A stretch of 64,000 nucleotides of DNA from Balanoglossus misakiensis (taxonomy: Eukaryota; Animalia; Hemichordata). The stretch covers positions 10,295,129-10,359,128 of the forward strand of contig CM082576.2 of assembly GCA_040954595.2 (NCBI GenBank), in the 5' to 3' direction. A model generated the notes under the pieces. It worked only from the letters and a program-made list of their open reading frames with translations. It was not told the DNA's origin and ran no database searches. Made by a program: the position numbers and the translations under genes. This document shows, piece by piece, positions 1-12,600 of this stretch (within the stretch, counting starts at the first letter, position 1; each line of letters starts with the position of its first letter).

Positions 1-3000
1 TTTGTGGACATTCTTATTGCTGTTACAGTGGTATATATTTTTATGCATGTAAACGAAAAAAATGTTTGAAGTTATAACATGGATATATTTTTTAAAAATC
101 AACTTGCATGTATGGTCTAGTCTTATTGCAGACTGTTCATGCACATAAAATAAATAAGCGATTTAAAAGGGTAAACTATATATACGCAACATCATTTAAA
201 AAATAAAAAAGCAAAGAAAGAACGTTCACAAGAGACACATAGTGCCCTAGTAATATTTCATTCTGATGCCATACTATTTATCATTTGTCAGATTGATGTC
301 AAATATTGTTAGCAATATTAAAGAAAACCATTGGTAAAATCTGCTAATTTGGCAATATTGGAACGTATCTTAACAGTGGCATGAGTACTTTTGTAAAATC
401 TGTCCATCAGTTAGGTTGGTGAGAAGATGGTTCAAATCTGAGAGTTGTCACAGTTTGAATAATTGTACAGACACCGGAAATTCAAATGTTTTATGGAATA
501 GCCATGGAAGTCTCTCAGAAAAGTGTGCAATGAAAGGCATAGCACAACTGTGATCTGTGTGTATCCTGTGATTCATAAAGGACAATAAACTTGACCGCGA
601 AGGCCAATTTCATGACCCCTATGTGACCTTTACATCCTGGCATCTTGATTACACTTAATGGTGAATGATGCATGATGGCGGACAGTGTATACAGAAATGA
701 GTGCTAACAAGACCAAATAAACAGAAAAAAGCAACTTTGTGTCTGCATATTTCACTACATTAATACAGTACTGTACAAATATGGTATACAATACTACACT
801 GCAAAATCTTTATTTTTACAGGGAATTTAATTTTGCTGGGGTAAAAATGGTCTTTCACTTTGTCCTGGCTATAACACGGAAAACAAAGACGATTAGAATT
901 TCCCACGATGTGTTGTTTTGGCAGAAAAGAAGCTGGTTTCAGTGATATATTGTTAAAATTAATTCCCGAATGAAAATATATTATTTCACAGTACAAAAGA
1001 CAAAGTCAAATATGAAGCACCCAGACTGCAGACTGTATTCCATTCAAAAAGTTTGTTGAAACACCCAATAAGTATTTTTTTTTTGGCTCAAATATATTCA
1101 CAGAGAAACACAACACCACGTTTTGCATGTCAGCGACATCATTTTGACTGTTATAGTGTTAACCAAGAATCTCAATGCACATTTCCTGAAATAGCATTCA
1201 TCTGTCAGCAAGGTACACTGAGCAATAAACATCTACATATCACACTTGACAAAATTTACTGTGGGCAGCCCTAGGTAATTCAAAACATGATGCGATACAG
1301 ATAACCCTGAATATTAAATGCGCCATTATCTACTGATATTGATTATCAGCATGCAGAATATACTGAAAGTCACAAATTGTCAGACAAGAGTATCTCTGTG
1401 ATGACCCCTTACAAAAAGGAGAGAAGGATGTGAGTACATTTGCACAAATTAAATGCCTGCTTGAGTGACCATGCAACACTAGACCTGGTGGAATTCTGGA
1501 TGGAGGGATACGATTTGGTCTGTGCTTTCACTCTCATAGGAAGTCTCAATCTCATGAGTGCATACCACTCAACTGATTAGAAATTTGAATACAATTCTCC
1601 AACACTGGTTTAGTTCTAGTGAAAGGTTCCAGCACCCACAGACAACATCCATGAAAGTAAAAGGCAATTTAGACTGCGGAGTCAACTGATAAACCAGTTT
1701 CTGAATAGATTGTACAACTCACACAACTGTTAAATTCTGATATTTTGAAGGGTGACCAGATTCTCTCATTGCTGGGATTCTAAATGATCAGTCAGCCAGA
1801 GAAAAAGTTCTCAAATATTTCCATTTGTATGTCCCGTAAGGCTAGTATGATAAATGAAGGCACAAGAAACAGAAATTAATGCGGATGAATGCCAAGAATA
1901 TTAGGCCACCATGTCTACATCAGTAAATGACAAGGCTGAAACCACCATATTGGATTTGGCATGACAAACTCACACCGAGTATGGATACACACACACAGTG
2001 TTTTATGGACAACCAAAGTACAACAGAGCCACTGGAGCAATAAAACAGTCAGTCAGAAAAACAGATAAGAAACAGAAAAAAAGTCCAAATGTCACCCTTG
2101 TTTATAGCACATATTAATTCTTTATATAGTCTCGTGCATTTATTGTAATCATTAAAAACACAAGAAGGCAAGCTAGTCGACTTGAGACACTGCTGTGTTC
2201 ACATTAACCCTTGTATTAAAGTTCGACAAAAAAATAAACGTTAACATGTCTACACAGATACAATAACAACAGCCAAATATCTAGTAATGCTGGCATGCCT
2301 GGCATATTTACGAGGATCTTGACATCAAGATCATTTACACTTCATCTAATAATGAGTAAAGCCCAAGCCTGTAGGGACTGTCCTGAGTACAACCGGTTTT
2401 TACAAACAAATACTTTATGTGTTAACTGGACCCGCAGCCTACTTCTTAATAGACCAATACTCTAGCAATTGATATAAAACTGAAATACCTCTAAAATTTG
2501 GCATTTTTGTCCGGTTAAGTTTTTTTTTTTAATTTCCCATCTTAAGTCTCATACAAGAAAGATGTTTCACTGTACCTGCAGCTCTGTCATAAGCAAAACT
2601 TCAAAATTTCTCACAAAGAATAAAATAACACAACAAAAAAACATAAAGCTTTAACAACGTAGCCTAAAGTGTTTACCCTTACAAAAGGCATGCTTGTCAC
2701 TATAAGCTGCGATCTACAAAAGCATTCACTCACTTCAAGACAACATAAACATTTCCTTTAAATCTCAGAAAAGCCTTGGGTGTTTTTTTTAAATATGTTC
2801 CATTCTCCAGAAAATCGAGGATGGAAATGTCACAAACTAAAACTTAAAAAAAAAAAACATTCTCTAAAAATTGTTCTTGTGTACATGAATTCAGCATCTT
2901 TACCTTACTTTGTAAAAGTTACAGTGAGCAGAAAAAGCTGGCAAATTGCGAAGTATTTGGGAAAGCAGTGTCTATAATCAAGATGAACGCGACATAAGAG

Positions 3001-3657
3001 ATGGATTTTACATGCCCATAAATATATAACATGCAACTGGTCCACAGCTGCACAGGTTTACACTACAGTTTTCAACTGTTTTTTTTTTTAAAAACCATAC
3101 AATTCTCAACATATATGTAGTCGTTTTTTTCCTATCGGTTGAGGTGGAAGGATGGGGGGAGAAAAACCCTGACCCATCTCCCTCCCTCCTATATACTGAA
3201 GTATCAGGCTCTGCCGTGTTGAACTTTCAAGAGTACTTTAATTTCAAACTTGGATAATTCTTCAAAAGAGGGTCACAAAGTGGACACTTTCTGTGCTGAA
3301 AACTATTACATGTACCTTTACTTTTTAAACATTCACCACAGATGTCTTCAAAAAAAATTAAATACGTCCCCCTCTCATCTGTCCTGCATGCAGGACTTTT
3401 AAAACAATTTTGTTTCTATCAATCAAAAAAAAGGTATTTGTTCAAAAAAGATTTCCTTAAGGTACATTTCTTTTCCAACCATTCTGGAAGGAATATTCAA
3501 ATCATGATCAAGGTAAATCTTCGTCTAGACTCTACAATTTTATCTAGCATGGTAAATCTTTCTTCTGTGATTCAACAAAATACATCAAGCTTTCAATCCC
3601 ATGACAGGATCATCAGTCAAGTATTCTGATGTAGTCAACATCTTTTTTCTTCTTATT
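1..3657 (-). other. Probable long AU-rich 3' UTR / downstream region of the Smaug gene
   Basis: Follows the stop codon at 3658 and is AT-rich with no credible exon. AATAAA on the minus strand occurs near 2139-2144 and 809-814. The true 3' end cannot be determined. Confidence 0.45.
797..993. mobile_element. Old degenerate copy of the CTGTAAAA-type MITE in the Smaug 3' region
   Basis: CACTGCAAAATCTTTATTTTT...GAAAATATATTATTTCACAGTA resembles both termini of the family, with CpGs decayed. Confidence 0.4.
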
Positions 3658-6600
3658 TTACATCGTCGAATTTCTGTCTGCTCCAGGTCCATCTGAAACA
3701 AGATATGACAAATTTAAATACATTTAAAATGTTCATAATATTGAACCAATCCAATGGAGTTCCAAGCAAAATTAAGAAAACAGTAATGGTTGCCGTATTA
3801 AGTCAGTGCAGTTTCATATAACCTGAAAAAGGACCTAGTAACCTGGTCAAAGTAAAAATATTTTTGACAATAAGCTAATAGATGTCAGTCTGAGTCGAGC
3901 AGTACAGCTCGGCACTGGCTTTATTTCCCAATCTCTGGAGTTCAAAACGACGCCCTCTCACAAACTTCAGCATAATCTTTTGTTTTCACACTTACCATTT
4001 CGGCTTTTGGACTTAGTGTGCACGTCAAGTCTAATTGTCTAACTTAAATTTCAGAGTCAGTTTCCGTTTGACAGCATCAGAATAAAATAAACAGTGGACC
4101 AAAGCAAATGTTCCCATCCTTTCAAGACACTCAGATCTGTGAATTCAGGAGTGTTTTTCATACAGTGTGAGACTTTCTCTATATATAACATCTAACTCAC
4201 CACCAAGTGCGTGTTCTGTGACGCTGAGGCACAGTGATTCAAGGCGATTGTTGATTTCGGGTTCAGTGGCTCCAAACTGGAGATCAGACATCATCCGCCC
4301 TTGCTGTGCCATGAAATTACTGAGCTGTGGCGAGGGTCTCCGCACTGGTGCCGACTTGGTCCTCTGCACGCTCTGATGGGAATTTCCCTATTCAGGAGAA
4401 GAAAAGATTCCCTTGATAATTAAAAAGCTTTGACTCAAGAATAAATTTCCAGAAATTTCAGTGGGTTTTACATGAAAAGTAAAGAATTTTGCTGTGTCAA
4501 ACAAGAGAGAGAGGTAAGAAGTATACAAAAGCACTATCTATCCAAACAACACAGCATATTGTCCCCTGACGACAATCATCCCAAAAGCATTCTGGATCCC
4601 TTGGTACAGCCAACCCTTAAACTTGGACCCGTCTCACCCCCACCTCATAGTTCTGCACCCAGTACTTACGGCTCTCAGTTTGAGAAAAGCACTTGAAGGG
4701 CTTGGATTGGTGCCAGTACGCGACAGGGCATTGGTCAGACTGAGATGAGTGTTGCTGCTGCCGGAGCCGACTGCTACACTGCTGGGAACCAGCCTCTGCA
4801 ATGGCTGCTGTGCAAACGGTTGCCGAGACAACGCACCACCACGTCTTATGGGCACGGAACTTCCCGCCGATACAATGTAATCGGTAGGAAATGTGTTGCC
4901 ATGTGACATCCAGCTGTGGAAAAAAGACAAGAGTCACATTGTTATTGATTTATTCACAGAAAAATGACAACAGTAGGGAATTATCTTTACCTCTATCGCT
5001 TAAATGTACAATACACTGCCCTTCTCTGCAATCAAGTTTGTGTATTGCTGCTGACCTTGATAGAAATGTCCATTTTATTGTTAGCAACATGCATTTTGAG
5101 AGGAAAAGGTGGTCAATAACTTACCCTCCCCTTTGTTTACTGTCAAGTGATAAGCGCCTTGGATAAGTTCTGTACTGTTTCAGACACTGCTGCTTCCATG
5201 TCATGAACCTCTTTTTCTGGGTTTCGGTGAACGCTTCATGACCGACAGCTCTGTCAATCAGCTGAAAGTACATGTTCAGGTTGTCCTCGTCGTGATGCGA
5301 AACCAGAAGGTGAGTGCACACTGTGGAGTGGACGACGATACGATGGTGGTGGTTAGAGTTTGAGGGGATGGGGGGGGGGGGGGTGTAGTTTGCGTAGAAA
5401 AGTTCCATTTGAAAATTACTCCATTTATCAGATTCTAACTTCATAGTGAAAATCTTCAAAAACCAGTGTACTTTTGTATTGCTATATCATAATGACATCT
5501 TTTGTACACATTACAGCATGCATTGGAGACAAACTTCTAAAAGCACGGACGTCTGGCAAGCTGCTCTTAGGGGGAAATGATTTCAGACAGAATCTAGTCA
5601 CTTTTTATACGGAGTCAGTTTATCCTCTGGGTCAAAGGTTAAAGTCAGGTTTTGGACAAAGAAATGTACCGTAGTTGTCCGGGTAAGAACCCCTGCTCGG
5701 ACAAACGCCCCCCCTGGTTTTAGGGCCCATTTGTAGATCGAGGCCATATCCAGTCTAAAGCCTCCCCCCCCCCCCCCCCCCCCCCGGGCCGAATATCCAT
5801 TAAATTCTTGGAAATTTAATAAAGTGCAATGCAAAAAAGGCGGATTTTCATCCCCAAAGTCACTAAAAGTGAAAAAAAAAATGTATGATGATTTACTTTC
5901 GCGCTGATTATCGTACCCACCGCGGCCGACTGGCCACGCTGAGTTATATATAGCCGCTCTAGAAAACATGACCTCAGACAGGTCCCTCGGGACCGTGCCT
6001 CGAATTCAACGATCACGTAGATGGACGCGCTGCCGCGTGTGAGGTCACCCGGGAGCTTTCCAAAGCGGCCGCGTGGAGCTGCTTCAGTCCGTCCTCGACG
6101 CGAAACACCCAAGATCCCGACTTGGACTCGGAGAATGAACCACTCAAAAATGTGCATAAAAGTCGAGGTGGCCATCCCTCATTTGCATAAATCTCGAGGC
6201 CATATCCGGGCTAAAGCCCCCCCCCTGTTTTTTCGCTAATCTGTTGGCCCAGCACCCGGGGCTCTTACCCGGGCAACTACGGTAAAATGCAGAGTCGTGT
6301 GTGTTGTGGAGAAACGATGGACAGTCACTGAAATGCTGCAGATTAAGCTGCTCTAGGTTTTGTAAGTGAGTTTCTTTACCACAGAGCTGGCCGAGGAGAA
6401 AACAAAACTACAGCAGTAACAGCACATGTAAAACTAAACATACAATGAAGACCAAACCTACCTTTGCCCATCACTCGTGTGAACTGACCCGGAATATCGC
6501 CCTCGATGATTGGCACGGAACTCTGTTCAGACTCGTTTGGCAGGCTGGACATCTGACCGATATTTTGATTACCCTGTTGTTGTGAGGAGGTCAAGTTCAC

Positions 6601-9600
6601 TGTACTGTTGGAGGTGCTGGTCACTGTGATGGTGGTCAACGTGGCGGCGTTACTGATAGTTTTGGCAGTGTCCGGTGAGGTGTTCTGGCTTTTGTCCGAC
6701 GGTGGGCTGTACACCTTGAGAGGCGTCACCAGGACATTTTTCAGCTCGTTCATGGCGTGTCTCAGTGTGCCAGGATTTGTGCACTCCATGATTTCCTGCA
6801 GAGAGAAAAGAAAGAGTTTATTCGAACACACTTCAGACATACTGTATTTGAGTATTATTTGTGCAGTTGGAATAAACTATGATGTAGGAAAAATATGCAG
6901 AAGCACATACCGTCTCAAGATCCCTCAAAGTCTGTTGCCTGTCGGTTAGTTTCTTTATGCTAAGAATGATCTTATTACGGGCACCTTTGGTAACATTCTG
7001 TTGAAGAAACACAAAATACATACATGTATCAAGATTACAAAAAGAAGCTTACTCCATAAGATAAGCGTTCCAGAATTAAAATACTATGGATATAATGAAA
7101 CATTCACAGACTGATACAATTTCCTTACTTATGGCACTGACTTGCAAGTAATGGGATTACTTTTCAGATCCCTTTCATTCCAGCTTAGGCATGAAATTGT
7201 CAACCTGGCCATTTTTTTCAGCACATCACAAGTTTTCACTGAAAAAGCAGTGCAATATTGATTGAACAAGCAATCACATTACACTTTATGTTCCAAACAC
7301 GTACATGATAAAAGCTTCCTGTGCAGACAGGAAGTTTTTATCACATTGTATTAATGACTTACCCTGGCTTCGAGTTTTTCTTCAGTCAACGTCATCATTT
7401 CTTCATAGGTCATTTGTTGGAACAGCGCTGAATACTTATGCAGTCTCAGGCTCTTCAACCATGCAGGCACGTCTGATGAACAGAATGTGGCAGATTATTT
7501 AATCACAACATTACAAGATATGACAAATGCCACATGGACTGGAATGCAGTTTTTTTACAGTGGACTAATTGAAACTTGGGTTAACCTTTTCATACTAACC
7601 AAGCAGCCCAGCAGATCTGAAAAGAATTTACTCATCCCTGTTACTCTGGTTATCAACGCATGTGAAACACATCAATGCAACATTGGCAAGTGACAATTTG
7701 ACACAGAATTGGGGGGGGGGGCAATCACGTTACAATGGTATGATTAAAACACTAAGCTACCTTTCATGCCACTGCCCTCCTCCAAGAAAGTGTTTCTGGT
7801 CAATCCAGTATCGTCTATCATGATATCTCCACTTCCCGTGGAAGTCACACTATTCTGGGGAGACAGCGGGGCGTGTTCGTTCATCCCTCGGCTGATATCT
7901 TCAGCCGACACCCAGGTGTCGATTGGCGGTCCAGCCTGTGATGACATGGGTGGCGTCAATGAGTTGCTTCGTTTATTGCGTGTTGGAGGCACCAGGGAAT
8001 TACCACTTGTACCTAAAACGGAAACAACATTGTTTTTAAACTTCCAAACGACTAATAATAAGAAGTTAAAAATACAATGCTTGAAGGCCAAGCATGAGGT
8101 GAAACCTTAAAGTTTTAAAATTTATGAAGAGCTTGACACAAATTAAAGGAAATGTGCATTTTTCAAGGAAACCTTTTAAAGAAATATGGAAGATATGGGT
8201 GTGGTCTACAAAAGGCATGTGTGGTCTTACTGAAGGCACGTGTTCACATGGCACACCCTTCTGACTGCCAACCGCACGAAGCAACAATGATGATGTCATC
8301 ATCATCAGCCAGATAGCTAGCTAGCTCACCTCCTGCGTTTGTGAGTTGCGAGTTCATGGTGGGCGGGGCGGACAGAGTGAGCTGTACGGGAGGATGCGTC
8401 CGCACCATTCCGTCGTTCTCGCTGCTGCCACTGATCCTGGGCACCAGTGTAATCGTCTGCTCCGTGCCGTCGTTGAGGCCGGACTCGCCAAAGCTGCCCC
8501 AGCCGTTGCTCTTGCCCATGTACTGGCTGTGGATGCCCGTGGTGCCACCGCCGCCGTGGTCGTAGCTGTTCACCTGCAGCCGGGAAATGGACCCTCCGCC
8601 GGTCGGGTCCGAGCACATGTTGCGCAGCTGCGGGTGGTGGTAGGCGCTGGTGGTGGTGCACTCGTCCAGGTGCGTCAGCCACTGCGTCAGCGACGAGCGC
8701 TCCTCCTCGTTCAGCGCCGGGTGGATGACCGAGTAGGACAGCAGCTGCCGGCTCTCCTCCAGGTGGATGCCGTTCTCGATGGAATGGCGCAGTATTTTGG
8801 GGATCAGTTCCAAGTACCTGGTTTTGGCGTCGTCGTTGCCCGGGTGCAGTAACGGCAAATGTCCCAATAACTGCGCCACGGCATTCTCTTTGCTCTCGTT
8901 GCCCAAACTGGAAATGTATCCTGTAGGTTTATAAAAAATATAATGTTTTAAAAATACAGCATGTTCATGTATCTCTTGTGACTAACACTTGTGTCAGAAA
9001 TTAAATTATTAAATCATCACAAAAGAGGATATCTGAAATCCATTTTCCATTAGAAACTGCAGTCTTTGCCAAGAAACATATGCATGAAATTTGTAGAATC
9101 ACACATGTATTAGTAAATACAAATTTAAAAGAAATTTCAATCAACAAAGTCCATTGTATGTATTGCCAATGGTGTGCAGATAGCAATGAATTGTCTATGT
9201 TATGATTTCACTACAGAATTCATTACTACTGATCACGCAAAATGAAAACCTGCCCAGTTTAATACAAAACACACAATTCGACACAGATATCGACTGAAAT
9301 CCCTCCATTTCTCACGTACACTGTTCAGATTTCTTGGGCTGTTGCACTGATCGCAAGAGACAAAGACCCCCATGAATAATCCAGGTTACCACGACAACAG
9401 CATTATGATGCTCCATGATGATTGATTTTGATGTCCATATTTTGTAATATATATGTTCGCTGATACTAACTCTTTCATGTGATGAAAATCGCACATAAAA
9501 AATTCGCTCTTAATTGCTTAACACAGTCATCAATTTTCATCACATAAAACAGTCACTTCTCTGCAACTCATTTTTTCACGTGAATATTCCCTTGTGTGAT

Positions 9601-12600
9601 GTACAGCGAACCGCAACAGAGCAGTGTTTGTGCACACGCTGAATTTCACAAATTTATTCAGGATGTAATCAATCAAATGTTCAAAACAGGACTATCAAAT
9701 TACAGTGTCCTATAGCAATATTCTGGATTATAAAATGCAATTTGTGTCACGTTGGTCTATTTTCGACTGTCAGTCAACTTCACTCACAGTTACAATTATT
9801 TTGATGTCCATAACACAATCATGACGTTTTGTTTTGACCATAACATGATGTTGGTCATACTTCAACAAACTCTATCACTTTTTTACCTTTAAATTTCAGT
9901 GTCAAATCAGTGAGCTATGACAAAAACCACAGTCTGGCATTTACCATCACAATGGTTTCTCCGTATTTCACACGTCGTTATTACGTAATTTGGCACTGAA
10001 GACAAAGAAACACCGGAAAACATGATGGGTAGCAAAACCACCACCAGTAAAAATCATCAATATCATTAATGATAGATACCAGCAGAAATCTACCATCTGA
10101 TCGATGAATGACGTGACCTGAAAACCCAGAAGCTTGCTCCGGACGTGGGAGTTTATTTTTTCAACCAAATAATGTGGTTAATACAAATATTGTAGATGTA
10201 CCTACATGGGGAATGCTAATTTCAGCCATAGGAGTGGCAGTGATAAGCTCAGTTAATGTGAGCAGAAAATGGAAAAAAGTCATCACTGTTCAGTGTCAGA
10301 ACATGACAGGGGAATAATTAGTGCCCACGGCCATGACTATTAACGACACCATGATGCATCCATCATACACAGCCACTGTGTATTTCAACCTTCACTTATA
10401 TACATGTACCTAATACAAAAGCAACATGTTGGTCAGCAAAAATTTCTCACACAGTCAGTGTTGATTTTTCAAATGATTTCATGTGTTCTCAAGGTGCTCA
10501 GTTTATGTGTTTTGTTCCCACTCTAATAAATTGCCGACAATTGATCAACCAGCACCATCACGATCATGTTGCTTCTTTCCATCAAGAACAACGACATACT
10601 GCCCTCCACATACATGTACTTATCATAATCAGCTACGAGACCCTTCCTCGGACTACAGACTCTATCATTTGCATACAAATTACTCAATCGATCAAGTTTT
10701 ATTATTATGACAACCCAGCATTTTGCAGATGATTACTCTGATAACTCAATTATCACTTCTTAACAAAAACAGCATCCGTATCGGTAATTTTATCAACATG
10801 AATTCACTTGACACCATTTTGGCCACTCAACATTTACCATGCTGCAATATTTTATATTATTAATCTACCTTATTACGGTCAAGCCTGACATGTTTTGAAC
10901 AAAGTTTTGCATTTTAACAAGTCATTGTCAATGACACAGTACCCGCTAGATTAACACACACACGTTTCCACATTGGTTATTTTACACAGGCCCAGCACCA
11001 GTGTTAAACCGCCCTAAAGTGTCCAGTGTGAACCCCCCTTTCTGATAACCTAAGTAGCATTCTCACTGCTGTATCTGTTAGTGACACTGGATATTATTTT
11101 TATAACTGATAAAGGTTCTCTTGCCCAGTCTCTCCTTGAGTTTTCTGTATTCGGTGAATTGCAGACATCGCACGTTACATTAGATGTACGAACTCCAGCA
11201 GGGCGACATGACATAACTGGCGTCTGCTTCAGCTTCCTCACAGAGTGACCCTCCACTAATTTAGACATAATGATTTGTCTCAAGGCAGAAGACACAGCAT
11301 GATTTAACCTTCTCCTAGCTCCAGTCAATTGTGGTTTACACTTGTCAGTTACAACATACTTGGGTCTCTCCTTTTCGAGAATTGTAATGTCATGAAAGTT
11401 GGCAGTCAGTTCATATGACCATTATTTGATCTTCTTGTAATTTTGTGATATACTGCTTATAGTGCATGAAATGGGGAATATCCATCCCGTAATAACTAAA
11501 TCTGTTATTGTTATTAGTTATTGTCCATTCTGACTTATAACCCCCACCTCGCATTGTCAATCCTACATGTATGTACATATATATTTAGGACACACTGACA
11601 CTGTAACCAAACACCTCCCATCCCAATGAAAATAGAGTTCAGGTACACTTCAGCAATTCCAACGACAACTACATGTACATAAACAAAGCTTTGTAGTTTT
11701 AGATTAAAGGTTCATGACCTGGTGATATATTGAGGCATATGAGGAGCACGAGACAGATAGCAGTGACTAACGTGACCTAGTTGGTTCCACCTGGTCGCTT
11801 TCAGTGGTATGATGGCACCCATACGCATGCACGGCGTACAGGGAAACAGTTTCATAAAAGGCAGTTACATTGTACATTTTAGCATGAATAGATACAAGTG
11901 GCTTGTATGTTTGAACACTTTTAGAATAGAACGCTTTGTGTTTGTAGACAAATATATAACCTGTGCCATGAGCAACTAGGTATAAATACATGTATCAATG
12001 TGATGTTTACCATTACCACTGGCAATTTACTGTCTCCCACGCTCCTTTCCCGATTTCCCCAGAGAGGTTTCATTTGGCTAAAAAAAAAATCGAGTTGTTT
12101 ACAAATGCAACATGTTTTTTTATTTCCTTGTTGGAGCTATAAATGACTCGGATTATAACAAAGGAAAACATAAAATTTCCCCTCATTCGAGCTGACTGAT
12201 GAAATATAAAATTTTCCCCTTTATGGTATTACACCCAGCAACTGTGTTCCGATTATTTGAAGAGATGTACAATGTACATGTAGCTGGACATACACACTTT
12301 AGGATTGCTTTAAATGTTTCCTGCATTAATAAATAAAGTATTACAATTTGATTTTTTTAAAATTCAGGCTGCTTCCATTCTTCATTGATTGAAATCAAGG
12401 TCATTGCCACAGTCATAACCAGGAAGAATAATTATCAAAGTGACATTTGTAGTCAATACAAATACAGATCTTCAAGGACATCAACAATGAAGTATTGATC
12501 GCATATAAAGGTGGCTTTTGTTGCAGGATATATTATTAGCACCATTGACAGTGCAGATATTCATCAGAAACTCAATGGAATGGCTTCAAAATTAACATGT

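Noticed and set aside
8326-8852. Overlapping ORFs (168 aa on plus, 118 aa in an alternative minus frame)
   Set aside because: These are shadows of the GC-rich Smaug exon 2, with no recognisable motifs.
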